From a virus: a DNA stretch of 64,000 bases. Both the position numbers and the translations under genes were made by a program. Location: IMG/VR virus record IMGVR_UViG_3300035664_000006, positions 1 to 64,000 of that record; one strand, written 5' to 3'. A model generated the notes under the pieces. The model saw only the letters and a list, made by a program, of their open reading frames with translations, was not told the origin of the DNA and did no database searches. This document shows, piece after piece, positions 9,844 to 19,896 of the stretch. Numbering within the stretch: position 1 is the first letter of the stretch; every line of letters starts with the position of its first letter.

Positions 9844-11256
9844 TTAAACAGCGTATCTAGGAACCATAATTGTTTTAAGACAGATACCTTCTGGTGTGAA
9901 GTCACTCATGTCTGCTGCAAGCAATGCTTTAACAATAGCTGGGCTGAAGCCAGAAACCATAGCTGCACCTGATTTGTCAGATTTAACTGGTACATTGTCA
10001 GATGAATTAATGTTCCAGAACACAATTTGTGGAACAGTGTAACCTGCTGCCGCATATTTGCGTTCAATCATTTGAATTGCACTATCATCGTAATGGCTGC
10101 AGCAATTAAATTGCATGTCGCTCATTATCAACAACATTTCTGGCATTTCAGCTTGTGGAACATCAAACTTAGTTGCTACATCTAAAATTAAATCAAATGC
10201 AGCGTGTAAGTTGGTACTCATACCCCATGCAGATTTAACCATTTGAGTTGCTTTTTCTACAACGTTGCCTCGTAAAGTCAACAATTCTGGTTTTTCATTA
10301 AACGTGATAAAAGTATCTTTAAATTTACCAGTGTTTTTATCAGCTAAGTATAAACCTAGTGATACTGCAACATCCATGCAAGTTACCTCTGATTTAGAAG
10401 TATGCCCACCTGCACGACAGGACATTGAGCCACTAACATCAACCAATGGTAAGATATTAGCATCACCAACAAAGTTTGGTAAAGCATCCCATTGTGCAAC
10501 GATATGATCTTTTTCAGTTCTATCGAATCCATAGCTACCGACACCTTTAAGAACATCGTATGGGAATACTGCACCAGCATTTACTTTCACACCAGCTTCA
10601 CCTTTTACCAAAGCTTGAACATATTCGGCAAACTTTGGAGTATGGCGGTTAAATGCTTTTTTATAGCGCGAACTTGCCAATGATGGTACATGATTGAAGT
10701 TGATATTATCCCAATCATTCGCACACATTTGAGTTTCAACAACGGAAGTTAAAGAAACTAAAGTTTTACGGTATTGTTTTGGACTCCAACCTAAAAATTT
10801 ACGGAATTCAACTGCAACTGGACCTTTACGAGGTGTCCATTTAGCAGCTAAACCGTTGCCATCAGTCAACGCATTTTTCAACATTGTGAAAGCTTCAGTT
10901 TTCATTTCTTGAGTTTTGAACACAAAAATGTCATCCCAACGGCCCAATTCAGGTACTTTAGATAATAATACTTTTGCAGCATCGATATCAACAGTTTCTA
11001 AATGAGCTAAAATGTCTCTGAAAACTTTACGTTCGCCAGAACCGCCACGAGCATCACGTGCCCATAATGCAATACGCATTGCCAAGTCTTTATCTTCAAC
11101 ATATGCTGCTGTAAAAGCAGGAATAATGTCTTTACCACGGCTTGCGCCTACATTGTAGAAAAAAGAAACAACATTGTTTCCTGTGTTCTTTAATGCCTTC
11201 ATCCCGTTAGATGTTCTAGATTCCTGGTTATTTACTGCTTCTATAAATGTTGTCAT
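9844..11256 (-). CDS. Ro60/TROVE-like helical + vWA protein (DUF2828-like)
   Basis: WARDARGGSGER, GRWDD, AAKWTPR; vWA MIDAS DVSGSM, STNL, SDMQF, VFWN, VSGFS. Confidence 0.85.
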   Translation of the reverse strand: MTTFIEAVNNQESRTSNGMKALKNTGNNVVSFFYNVGASRGKDIIPAFTAAYVEDKDLAMRIALWARDARGGSGERKVFRDILAHLETVDIDAAKVLLSKVPELGRWDDIFVFKTQEMKTEAFTMLKNALTDGNGLAAKWTPRKGPVAVEFRKFLGWSPKQYRKTLVSLTSVVETQMCANDWDNINFNHVPSLASSRYKKAFNRHTPKFAEYVQALVKGEAGVKVNAGAVFPYDVLKGVGSYGFDRTEKDHIVAQWDALPNFVGDANILPLVDVSGSMSCRAGGHTSKSEVTCMDVAVSLGLYLADKNTGKFKDTFITFNEKPELLTLRGNVVEKATQMVKSAWGMSTNLHAAFDLILDVATKFDVPQAEMPEMLLIMSDMQFNCCSHYDDSAIQMIERKYAAAGYTVPQIVFWNINSSDNVPVKSDKSGAAMVSGFSPAIVKALLAADMSDFTPEGICLKTIMVPRYAV

Positions 11257-11271
11257 TGTATTTTTCCTATA

Positions 11272-11310
11272 TCAGGTTAGTTTGTGTTTATTGTTTGCTG
11301 TAACTAATTT
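11272..11310 (-). promoter_or_regulatory. Minimal copy of the CAGCA-stem motif in the 5' UTR of the TROVE-like gene
   Basis: ATTAGTTACAGCAAAC...AACTAACCTG directly before AGGA RBS; promoter TTGACA-17-TATAAT at 11319-11347. Confidence 0.65.
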
Positions 11311-11356
11311 ACGTATGCATTATATTACATTTCAACAGTTGTGTCAAGACATTTTA

Positions 11357-11423
11357 ATAAATATTTGTGTAGTTCGCGATACGGGAATATCCAACTACTC
11401 TATAACTAACTGGAGTTACAGCA
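11357..11423 (+). promoter_or_regulatory. Homing-endonuclease leader module (copy 1)
   Basis: ATAAATA, GTAGTT...AACTAC hairpin, then a hairpin over the GGAG RBS. Confidence 0.7.
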
Positions 11424-12203
11424 ATGTATTTACACAACAAATATACCATATGGTATAATTCTATTATTTCACGAGCATTGACTCGATCATTAGATAAATC
11501 TTGTTATTTTGAAAAACATCATATTGTTCCGCGTTGTTTAGGAGGAACAAATGATAAAAATAATATCGTAAAATTAACTGCCAGAGAGCATTTTATCTGT
11601 CATTTACTGTTAGTAAGAATGGTAGACGATCGTGTGGCTAAATCAAAACTTTCATATGCTGTGTGGCAAGTTACAAAACGGTATACGGTTTCATCGAAAA
11701 TGTATGAAATGCTTCGAATTCAACTTTCGGCTAATACAAAAGGCATTCCAAAAAGCGAAGCACATAAAGAAGCGTTAAGAAAACCAAAATCTAATACAGC
11801 AAATATGAAAGGTGGCCCCGGTGCTGTAAAAGGAAGAAAAATATCAGAGAAAGGGTTAGAAAATATTCGAGCTGCTGCTAAACGTAGAGATCTGTCTGGA
11901 AATAAAAATCCGTTTTATGGAAAAGCGCATACTGAAGAAATGAAACAGCATTATCGTAATTTATTTACAGGACAAAAATTATCTGACGAACATCGTCAAA
12001 AAATTAGTCAAGGGCTTAAAGGAAAATCTACTTGGAATAAAGGAATACCTGCATCAATAGAACACAGAAATAATGTAAGTAAAAGTTTGATTGGAGATAT
12101 TTACATTACAGATGGTATTAATAATAAACGTATTAAACCAGTTGAATTTATAAACTACGACCAAACTGTATGGAGACGAGGAAAAGTTCGAAAAAATATT
12201 TAA
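11424..12203 (+). mobile_element. HNH homing endonuclease with NUMOD3 repeats
   Basis: EKHHIVPRCLGG...LTAREHFICH; HRQKISQGLKGK repeats. Confidence 0.9.
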
Positions 12204-12216
12204 TAAGGTTTTGGAA

Positions 12217-12315
12217 TTAACAATACCGTTGCTGCCAATCTATCATATCGATGATATGATCCTGCAACGGGTTTTCTCCGTACCATTTTTCCAACGCTTC
12301 TACGAATGTAGTCAT
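12217..12315 (-). CDS. 32-aa ORF duplicating the TROVE-like gene start
   Basis: MTTFVEALEKWYGENPLQDHIIDMIDWQQRYC with AGGAG RBS and a copy of the same UTR motif (12332-12370). Confidence 0.55.
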   Translation of the reverse strand: MTTFVEALEKWYGENPLQDHIIDMIDWQQRYC

Positions 12316-12884
12316 TGTGTTATCTCCTATGTCAGGTTAGTGTGTTAATTTTGTTTGCTGTTTACTAAACTATAAGTGTATATTATAGCAGATTTAACTT
12401 GTTTGTCAAGTTTTTTATTGAAATTGCAACCATGTCTTTAATATATTCATTGTAATCATCTGGGTGAACATATTCATCACGACCATTAACAGTCATTCCG
12501 TATCGATAATCATCCAACGGAAATACGCATGTTTCTTGAGGTTCATGTGCATACGTTGCTGTAGAATTTCTGAGGACTGCCCCTAATTCATATTCATCAT
12601 CCATATTCAATCTCAATATAAATATCATTTCATATGGTCTCTTAGGTCTTACTACTGCGAATTCAGTATATTGTGGGATCATAAATTTAATAAAAACCAA
12701 GTTGCATGTGAGTCATCGTTAAAAGTTATTTGATACACATCATTAATTTTAGATTTATTACCTTTATATACTTCTTTAACATAAGAATATGAAGAAACAT
12801 AACCAGCCTCAAATGATTTATCAATCAACAAAGAATTTTGGTCAAGTGTAATCGTAATAGTTTTCATAGTAATTATCAAGTTAA

Positions 12885-13101
12885 ACAGGATGGCCGGAAG
12901 GATGTATTTTATTTTCTGGTTGTCATCTACCACTTGGGGACTTGATCCACAACCCTATCTGATTTAGTCTAATCAGCAAACATTCATTTTCTAATGGCAA
13001 TATCTATCTTTCGCGTTAGAAGCTATCTAGATTTCTTCTAGAAATATCCGATTGATGTAAACATCACCGGAGAATAGGTTGTAATATGCAGAAACCATCC
13101 T
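12885..13101 (-). ncRNA. CAGCA-stem (Y-like) RNA 1, long multi-hairpin cargo
   Basis: AGGATGG/CCATCCT stem; CTGCA variant. Confidence 0.65.
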
Positions 13102-13109
13102 AAAAAGTA

Positions 13110-13217
13110 ACAGGCTAGTGTTTGTTGAAGGTTTATACTGGCTCTTCCTTCCAGTTCGACTAGCAGTATGTTCGCCAGTCCATCCATTATGAAAAATTGG
13201 AGTGCTGTATCTAGCCT
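13110..13217 (-). ncRNA. CAGCA-stem (Y-like) RNA 2
   Basis: AGGCTAG-ATA-CAGCA...CTAGCCTG. Confidence 0.75.
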
Positions 13218-13225
13218 AAATATTA

Positions 13226-13319
13226 GCGGAATAGATTATGCCATATGTTTTACTTCTAATAGCAAAGAAGTGTTTCTGAAGCGGGTATTAGCCGCGAAAT
13301 TGTTGCTGTATCTATTCCT
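13226..13319 (-). ncRNA. CAGCA-stem (Y-like) RNA 3
   Basis: GGAATAGAT-A-CAGCA...ATCTATTCC; internal GCGG-CTAATAC-CCGC hairpin. Confidence 0.7.
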
Positions 13320-13470
13320 AATCTTTATATATTATATAGTAATTTTATTTCTTTGTCAATAACTTTTTGATAAATAGTTATGGTAATCAAAAATATTGGA
13401 AGTATTTTGAAACCTAGTCTAGAGTATCTAGGCTGTCCCATAATACATTATTTATACTAGAGGAAACACT

Positions 13471-14277
13471 ATGGCAACATTTTGTTCTTGCATCATATGC
13501 AAAAAAGAACTATCTATCAAGGGATTTCATTCCCATTTTATTCGTTTACATACTATTGATGGTAATATAGCTACCAAACAGTATGCAGCATTATCGGTTA
13601 ACAAAGTTAAACAAAACACGATTATAAAAAATAATACAGCCAGGATTAACTATGCAAATGATCCAACACATTGTAAAGAATGTGATTGTTGTTTGCCATA
13701 TAACAAACGATTTAATAATTTCTGCAACAGTTCGTGCTCTGCAAAATATAATAATCTAAAAAAAGATTATAATAAATTTAAACCAGGTCCTAAAAAAGTT
13801 ATCACCGTTAAATCGAAACAACGTAAGGTAAAAGAAAAAAAAGTTATCGAAAATCAATTTACTAAAATATATCTTTGTAAATGTAAAATTTCCAATAAAG
13901 TTTGGTTCTCTCCAACTATTAAAACTATTCATCCATCTATAACTGATACCAGAAAACAATATGCATATCAATGCAGATTTACATTTAGTATTTCTAAATA
14001 TCCTCAGTGGTTTAACTATTCATCAAAGTTAATATTAACGTATGGGTGGTATAGTGCAGCAAATAAAGGGAATAATTTGTCTGGGTGTTCTAGAGATCAT
14101 TTATTATCAGTATATGACGGTTTTATCAATAATATTGATCCAATACTTATAAGTCATCCCGCTAATTGTGAAATAGTACCACATAAATTAAACCAATCTA
14201 AACATAAAAAATCTAAAATCTCACTCGATGAATTATTACTGAGGATAGAATTATTTGATAAGATGCATGAGAGCTGA
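13471..14277 (+). mobile_element. Zn-finger/HNH-like homing endonuclease
   Basis: CxxC clusters, FCNSSC, RDH...HPANC; antisense insertion; stop overlaps the tRNA-Cys 3' end. Confidence 0.7.
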
Positions 14278-14343
14278 ACAGGAGAATCGAACTCCTCTAA
14301 CATGATTTTGCAGACCATTCCATTACCACTCTGGCAGTTCAGC
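14272..14343 (-). tRNA. tRNA-Cys(GCA), no encoded CCA, acceptor extended by a 12-bp flanking stem
   Basis: GCTGAAC...CTGCAAA...TTCGATT...GTTCAGC; flanks AGATGCATGAGA/TCTCATGCATCT. Confidence 0.85.
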
Positions 14344-14365
14344 TCTCATGCATCTCTTGTTTTAT

Positions 14366-14452
14366 ACAGGTTAGCCATCTTCTTAGGGCTTTTCATGTCC
14401 CTGAACCGATGTCCGTTCTTAAGTGAAAAGTTTTGGATGCTGTAGCTAACCT
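14366..14452 (-). ncRNA. CAGCA-stem (Y-like) RNA 4
   Basis: AGGTTAGC-TA-CAGCA...GCTAACCTG. Confidence 0.75.
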
Positions 14453-14459
14453 TAAATCT

Positions 14460-14747
14460 TTATTCTAAAATACCGAAGATTTCAGGTTCTCTTAGAACAA
14501 TACATTCGATATCTTCAATTTTTACTTCAACACCTGCACCTTTTGGAAAGATAACAGTGTCGCCAACTTTTACAGTCATTTCACGTACAATTCCATTATC
14601 TAGTTGCTTACCTTCACCAACTGCAATAACTTCACCTTCTGAAGTTTTTATACTTTTATCTTCTGGAATTACAATACCAAAAGAATTAGTATTAATTACT
14701 TCTTTTTTCTTAACTACTACGCGATCATCTAATACGTGTGCTTTCAT
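14460..14747 (-). CDS. groES: Co-chaperonin GroES
   Basis: LDDRVVV, GIVIP, GEVIAVGEG, VKVGD. Confidence 0.92.
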   Translation of the reverse strand: MKAHVLDDRVVVKKKEVINTNSFGIVIPEDKSIKTSEGEVIAVGEGKQLDNGIVREMTVKVGDTVIFPKGAGVEVKIEDIECIVLREPEIFGILE

Positions 14748-14748
14748 A

Positions 14749-15021
14749 TTAGGCAGTTCTATTAATTAGATGATAACCAAATTGTGTTTGCACTGGGTCA
14801 CTTAGGCCGCCAACTGGCAATCCAAATGATACATCTTCAAATGGTTGAACCATCTGTCCACGACCAAATGAACCTAAACTTCCACCATTCTGTCCACTTG
14901 GACATTTCGAGTGTTGTTGTGCTAACACACCAAAATCTGCACCTTCACTAATCTGTGTTGCCAATGACTGTGCTTCTTCTAAAGTTCCTACTAAAATATG
15001 TCTTGCTGATACTTGTGTCAT
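14749..15021 (-). CDS. ppiC: Parvulin-type peptidyl-prolyl isomerase
   Basis: ARHILV, HSKCPSG, GGSLG, MVQPF, TQFGYHLI. Confidence 0.93.
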   Translation of the reverse strand: MTQVSARHILVGTLEEAQSLATQISEGADFGVLAQQHSKCPSGQNGGSLGSFGRGQMVQPFEDVSFGLPVGGLSDPVQTQFGYHLINRTA

Positions 15022-15045
15022 AAATTCCTTTATTATTGAATTAAA

Positions 15046-15157
15046 ACAGGATACGTGTTTTTAGCCTGGCGCTCTCCCAACTGAGCTACATTTCTATTGA
15101 AATGGTAGGACTTGAACCTACGACATCTAGGGTATATAAACTTGCTGAATGTATCCT
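15046..15157 (-). ncRNA. CAGCA-stem RNA 5 with permuted tRNA module (YrlA-like)
   Basis: T arm GTAGG-TTCAAGT-CCTAC, closed acceptor CATTTC-AATA-GAAATG, D arm TAGCTCAGTTGGGAGAGC. Confidence 0.85.
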
Positions 15158-15166
15158 AAAAAATTA

Positions 15167-15266
15167 GCAGGGTCACTGTATTATACTGGCATACAACCAT
15201 TATACTTCTAGACGGAATCGAACCGTTCCACCAGTTTGGCTTAATATAAAATGCTGAACTGACCCT
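15167..15266 (-). ncRNA. CAGCA-stem RNA 6 with T arm then D-like arm
   Basis: AGGGTCA/TGACCCT stem; ACGG-TTCGATT-CCGT. Confidence 0.8.
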
Positions 15267-15271
15267 AAATT

Positions 15272-15346
15272 TGGAAGCGGGAGTTGGATTTGAACCAACG
15301 ACCTCTGGGTTATGAGCCCAGCCATCTACCACTGATATACCCCGCG
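15272..15346 (-). tRNA. tRNA-fMet(CAT)
   Basis: C1 mismatch, GGG/CCC anticodon stem, CCA. Confidence 0.9.
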
Positions 15347-15473
15347 ATAATTCTTGTTATAACTGATACTATCGTAGATTTATATGTGATCTATGATCGC
15401 TATTATTATATGTAATAGCATCAGTTATTTTTAGTAGTATACTTGATAATATTATAGTTGTCAAGTATTTAAA

Positions 15474-15527
15474 ACAGGCTCATTTTTTCTTGTTTGCAAT
15501 AAGATTATGATATGCTGAATTGAGCCT
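15474..15527 (-). ncRNA. CAGCA-stem RNA 7, Cys(GCA) anticodon-loop cargo
   Basis: AGGCTCA/TGAGCCT; TCTTA-TTGCAAA-CAAGA. Confidence 0.75.
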
Positions 15528-15533
15528 AAAATT

Positions 15534-15610
15534 TGGAGCGGTATACCGGGCTCGAACCGGTCTTATTCTAACTTGGAAGGATAGTGCCATACCTACTAGG
15601 CGAATACCGC
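15534..15610 (-). tRNA. tRNA-Gly(TCC)
   Basis: Cloverleaf, loop CTTCCAA, TCCA end. Confidence 0.9.
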
Positions 15611-15618
15611 AATGTTTA

Positions 15619-15673
15619 ACAGGATACGTTTTATTTCACCAATTGAAAGTTTTGTATTTGCTGAATGTATCCT
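15619..15673 (-). ncRNA. CAGCA-stem RNA 8 (short)
   Basis: AGGATAC/GTATCCT; contains CTTTCAA (Glu-like loop, weak stem). Confidence 0.75.
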
Positions 15674-15679
15674 AAAACT

Positions 15680-15755
<76 letters not shown>

Positions 15756-15763
15756 ATTATTCT

Positions 15764-15904
15764 TTAAACTTTGTGTTTAGTGCCACACACTGTACAAGTG
15801 GCGTTAACTTTTTTGAAATCAAGGTTCATTACTCGCATACCTTTTCCGTATGTTTTGTCTTGAAATTCATGATTACAATTGCATTTCTTTACTTCTACAG
15901 CCAT
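15764..15904 (-). CDS. Small Cys-rich (Zn-ribbon-like) protein, 46 aa
   Basis: MAVEVKKCNCNHEFQDKTYGKGMRVMN...CTVCG. Confidence 0.6.
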   Translation of the reverse strand: MAVEVKKCNCNHEFQDKTYGKGMRVMNLDFKKVNATCTVCGTKHKV

Positions 15905-17001
15905 TAGGCACCTCTTTTAATAAGAATGTTAATACGATTTTGATATTTACGTTTATCACGTGGTCTAACAGTTTTTTCAACTAGTTCTTGTAATTTAGCT
16001 AAACTAAAATTACCAATTCTAACTCTACCATTTTTAGTTTGATTAGGGTTAGCTTTTCTGTTTCCTTTACTAATAGTTGCCATTTGATGTCCTTATTATA
16101 CTATTATTTATTATTGTTGTCAATATCTTTTTTAAAGAAGATTTTATAATCCGAGTATCTTTCGTTTTTGTTCTGAAGCAATGAATAATGGAATACTATC
16201 AATAGTTTTAACATATTCTACATCATATAATGCATGTTTACAAACCTCTAGCAAGTCTTCCGGTTTACAGTAAAGTTGTACAGTATGATATCTATTATAA
16301 TCTTCTTCAAGAAGATCATCTGCCTTAGTTTGTTTCATATCAATAATACAATCAATGTCAGATAATCTGTCAATTGTGTCAGTATCTAAATTAGTATACA
16401 GAAAAGTAATTTCATCGTTTTTTTCAATTTGTTCATTGAATATATGTTCTAATTCCGTTATATGCATCTTACCCTCATTCTTTATTGTTGTCAAGTGTTT
16501 TTATATTTTCTTCGATAAATTTAATTGCTTCATCGACTGGTAATTCACCTACTTCCACATGAAATACATTTCTGTCTTGTGCATGAGCACCATGTGAATT
16601 AAATGCTACTGTTGGCAATTCTTTATCAAATTTAGATACCAATCTTTCATCATTATATGTATCTAACACTTCTTCAACAACTTCCTTTTTCTTACTGAAA
16701 ATTGCATCCCAATTATCACGATATGCATTGGATGTGCATTTAGTCTGGATTATATCACCAGTTACATCATTTCTTGTTGCCATTGTATATCCTTTACATT
16801 TTTGTTGCCAATATAGTTTTGGCTAATTCTTTTGTTGCGATTAAATCATTCTGACTAAATGAACTTTTAATCTTTTCTGAAAATTCAATTCTTTCTTCTA
16901 TTGTCATTAATCTATAAATTATTTTTATCAATTCATAATCAAATTCAGTTGGTTCTTCTAAATTTTCAAACATAATAATTATCTAGTCAGTGTGTTAAAA
17001 T

Positions 17002-17076
17002 TGGTGGAGCTATCCGGGTTCAAACCGGAGACTATGCCTTGCAAGGGCATTGTGTTATCAACTATACCATAGCCCC
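17002..17076 (-). tRNA. tRNA-Ala(TGC)
   Basis: G3-U70 pair, loop CTTGCAA, ACCA. Confidence 0.9.
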
Positions 17077-17148
17077 AATTTAAATATTATATCAGTTATT
17101 CTACATTGTGTCAAGAAAACTGATAAAAATTGATTTAAAAAGTATCTG

Positions 17149-17220
17149 CTCCATCTCCTGGAATCGAACCAGGCTCGAACGGTTTAACAGACCGACCGCA
17201 CACCTTGTGCGTTAAATGGA
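17149..17220 (-). tRNA. tRNA-Asn(GTT), no CCA, 10-bp flanking stem
   Basis: Loop CTGTTAA; flanks AAGTATCTGC/GCAGATACTT. Confidence 0.85.
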
Positions 17221-17363
17221 GCAGATACTTCTTGGATTTATTCGTTTTGTAGTTTAGTATCAAGAGTGAGTTGTACCAAGATACCGATCATTCAAAATAT
17301 TGTTATACAATATCTAAATCTCGCACCGCATGTTATTGTAAACTATCTTTTATTTATATTTTA

Positions 17364-17426
17364 TCAGGATGCCTTTAACATTTTCAATTTTTCAGATTGA
17401 CGTTTAAAGTTTGCTGAATGCATCCT
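17364..17426 (-). ncRNA. CAGCA-stem RNA 9, Phe(GAA) anticodon-loop cargo
   Basis: AGGATGC/GCATCCT; TCAAT-CTGAAAA-ATTGA. Confidence 0.82.
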
Positions 17427-17434
17427 AAAACTTT

Positions 17435-17521
17435 ACAGGATCTTTTTGGTGGATTTGAACCACCTAACTTACGATTACGAGTCGTTTGTATTTTCCAAAG
17501 GAAAGTTGCTGTAAAGATCCT
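17435..17521 (-). ncRNA. CAGCA-stem RNA 10, Thr(CGT) anticodon arm + T arm
   Basis: ACGA-CTCGTAA-TCGT; GGTGG-TTCAAAT-CCACC. Confidence 0.82.
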
Positions 17522-17527
17522 AAATTT

Positions 17528-17616
17528 TGGCGGAAGATGTGAGATTCGAACTCACGCAACCCTTTCGAGGTTGACGGTTTAGCAAACCGCTCCATTAACC
17601 ACTCTGGCAACCTTCC
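17528..17616 (-). tRNA. tRNA-Ser(GCT)
   Basis: Long variable arm, GCCA. Confidence 0.93.
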
Positions 17617-17624
17617 TATATTCA

Positions 17625-17710
17625 TGGTAGCCGAGGGCGGAGTCGAACCGCCACGCCCGAAAGCAAGGGATTTTAAATCCCTCATGTACTACCAATTTCA
17701 TCACTCGGCC
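17625..17710 (-). tRNA. tRNA-Leu(TAA)
   Basis: Loop TTTAAAA, long variable arm, ACCA. Confidence 0.92.
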
Positions 17711-17724
17711 ATTAATCATTTTTA

Positions 17725-17804
17725 GCAGGTTAGTTGCTTACCTAAAGCTAATCACGTATAGCGACCGGAATCGAACCGACTGTTTATTTTGCTGTAGCTA
17801 ACCT
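17725..17804 (-). ncRNA. CAGCA-stem RNA 11, permuted T/D module
   Basis: AGGTTAG/CTAACCT; TCGG-TTCGATT-CCGG then TAGCTTTAGGTAAGC. Confidence 0.8.
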
Positions 17805-17811
17805 AAAAACT

Positions 17812-17886
17812 TGGAGGCAGCGGGATGATTCGAACATCCGTCCTTTGGGTTATGAGCCCAACAATCTACCACTGATATACGCTGCG
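17812..17886 (-). tRNA. tRNA-fMet(CAT), second copy
   Basis: C1 mismatch, GGG/CCC stem, CCA. Confidence 0.88.
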
Positions 17887-17941
17887 TTAATTCTTTGTGT
17901 ATATTATACACGATTTTTTAATCTTGTCAAGATTAATTTTA

Positions 17942-18064
17942 ACAGGATCCTTTTTTACGTTGCTTTACCAGACTAAGCTAATCCCAGGTAGTTTTTCGGG
18001 GATGTTGGATTCGAACCAACGATCTGCGGCTCCCAATGCAATTATTGAATGCTGAACGGATCCT
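17942..18064 (-). ncRNA. CAGCA-stem RNA 12, permuted tRNA-Pro-like module
   Basis: AGGATCC/GGATCCT; T arm GTTGG-TTCGAAT-CCAAC, ATCCC/GGGAT, D arm TAGCTTAGTCTGGTAAAGC. Confidence 0.85.
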
Positions 18065-18133
18065 AAAACTTTTAAAATTGTTAAAGAGCTTATTAACTAA
18101 TATGTGTACATTATACATTAATTAAATTATATG

Positions 18134-18577
18134 TCAAGTATAATTTGCTTCCCATCCATCTTTTTCAGTAAAAAATCTTACTGCCTTGATATTTGGATAT
18201 TCACCAGCATCGAACCAATGTTTTACATTAGCAGGAACACTGATTAAATCATTTGGTCCCACATCAAGTTCATAAACAGTATCAGATACATTAAAAAAGA
18301 ACCTTGCAGTACCATGAGTAAATAAACGCATTTCATAATCAGTATGATAATGCTCTTTTTTAAACTGCTCTCTTAATGATTGATAGTTGTTAGTTGATCT
18401 ATCCAATACAATAGTATCATTGTAAGGAACATCATAATCATATTTTATTTGTTCTATAATGTTCTCATCGGTTGGAACATGGACATATAATACATTAATA
18501 TTATCTAATTGTCTAGCAATTTCTTCATATTCCATGTAAGTAGTAAAATCTTCTGTGTTATCATAAATTTTTAACAT
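18134..18577 (-). CDS. Acireductone dioxygenase-like cupin
   Basis: F..EHYHTDYEMR...G...DLISVPANVKHWFD. Confidence 0.8.
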   Translation of the reverse strand: MLKIYDNTEDFTTYMEYEEIARQLDNINVLYVHVPTDENIIEQIKYDYDVPYNDTIVLDRSTNNYQSLREQFKKEHYHTDYEMRLFTHGTARFFFNVSDTVYELDVGPNDLISVPANVKHWFDAGEYPNIKAVRFFTEKDGWEANYT

Positions 18578-18616
18578 AATACTACTTATCTTTTGCACTA
18601 TAATAGTGCTAAAATT

Positions 18617-18690
18617 TGGCAGCGCGGGAGGGATTTGAACCCCCAAGAATGGTTTTGGAGACCATCATGATACCATTTCATCACCGGGCT
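18617..18690 (-). tRNA. tRNA-Trp(CCA)
   Basis: Loop CTCCAAA, GCCA. Confidence 0.9.
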
Positions 18691-18826
18691 AAAAAATAAA
18701 TTCCAGGATAGTTTAATCTCTATGAAACCTCTATCTTCCTATTGAAAGTTATCTGGAACGGGCTAACTCACTCTTGTTTATTTTAATAGGTTAAGAGCTT
18801 AACCGCCACAAAGGGCTCCTATTGTT

Positions 18827-18918
18827 TGGCGGAAGCGGTGAGATTCGAACTCACGGAAGGTATTAACCTTCGTCTGATTTCAAGTCAGGTGCATTAAACC
18901 ATGCTCTGCCACACTTCC
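18827..18918 (-). tRNA. tRNA-Ser(TGA)
   Basis: Long variable arm, GCCA; 5' end overlapped by the HNH ORF. Confidence 0.92.
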
Positions 18919-19260
18919 TTTTTTCTTTTTAATATTTCTAGATTTGTAAGTATCTAACTGTGAATCACAATTACTACATACAAAACGTAAATTTTCAATT
19001 CTATTATCGTTAGACACGCCATTTATATGGTCAAGAATTAATGGCATAGGTTTACCTTGCCATTCAGGACCAATGTCACAGCATTGACATCTATATGCTA
19101 TCATATTATTCTTGATAATTCTATTTTTTAAATTATGACGAGCGTATGTTGAATTTTCTATAAAAACATCTTCGTCTTTTAAGCGAATAGAATCTAGATA
19201 TTGAGTTGATCCAGTTTCTTTACCTTTGTTCCAAGGTGTGCATCCTTTTTTTGCTGGCAT
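18880..19260 (-). mobile_element. HNH endonuclease
   Basis: CQCC...LDHINGVSNDNRIENLRFVCSNC. Confidence 0.88.
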
Positions 19261-19298
19261 AGTGGTCTCCAAAATAAACTTTATATGTTTATTTATAT

Positions 19299-19347
19299 GC
19301 ATTAGTTTGAAATACTAATGCAATAGGCCATGCTCTGCCACACTTCC
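19299..19347 (-). pseudogene. Truncated 5' half of tRNA-Ser
   Basis: GGAAGTGTGGCAGAGCATGG, identical to 18899-18918, followed by a hairpin; no T arm. Confidence 0.7.
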
Positions 19348-19384
19348 ATAATTTGGAGGCAGGTCTATGACCTGCCTCAATAAT

Positions 19385-19462
19385 TGGTACCCTCCCTCAG
19401 ATTCGAACTGAGACTATACGGTATCTAAAACCGTCTCCTCTACCAAATTGGGATAAGAGGGC
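19385..19462 (-). tRNA. tRNA-Leu(TAG), short variable arm
   Basis: ACGGT-TTTAGAT-ACCGT, ACCA. Confidence 0.85.
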
Positions 19463-19735
19463 AATATTCTATTTATCTGTTAAATCTACTGCTAATAATA
19501 AAAAAGTTAGCATCTTTTCATCTTTCAATCCAATCCAGTATGGTCCAGTAGATTGGCTTGCTCTATAATGATGCCAAATACTGACATTTATACCATATTT
19601 TTCTTGTAATGTATATCTACATTCTTGTGCGCCTTTGGACCATGTGCTATTGAATCGTAATGCTACAACATATCCATAGTGGTATAGATGATGTGTTTTA
19701 TTCAGTTTAACAACTTTCATATTATTAATATATTC

Positions 19736-19811
19736 TGGAGCTAATAATCGGGATCGAACCGATGACCTCCACTTTACCAAAGTGGTGCTCTACCTACTGA
19801 GCTATATCAGC
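19736..19811 (-). tRNA. tRNA-Thr(GGT)
   Basis: Cloverleaf with CCA. Confidence 0.92.
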
Positions 19812-19820
19812 TATTTAAAT

Positions 19821-19895
19821 TGGCACCCTCGGAGGGAATCGAACCCCCATCATCTAGTTCGTAGCCAGGTATTCTATCCATTAAACTACAAGGGC
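19821..19895 (-). tRNA. tRNA-Arg(ACG)
   Basis: Loop CTACGAA, GCCA. Confidence 0.92.
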
Positions 19896-19896
19896 A

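Noticed and set aside
13140-13165. SRP RNA-like GGAAGGAAGAGCC in RNA 2
   Set aside because: The SRP domain IV hairpin cannot be formed convincingly.
17464-17685. ORFs overlapping tRNAs (also 19782-20012, 26515-26736, 32594-32809)
   Set aside because: Explained by the RNA genes.
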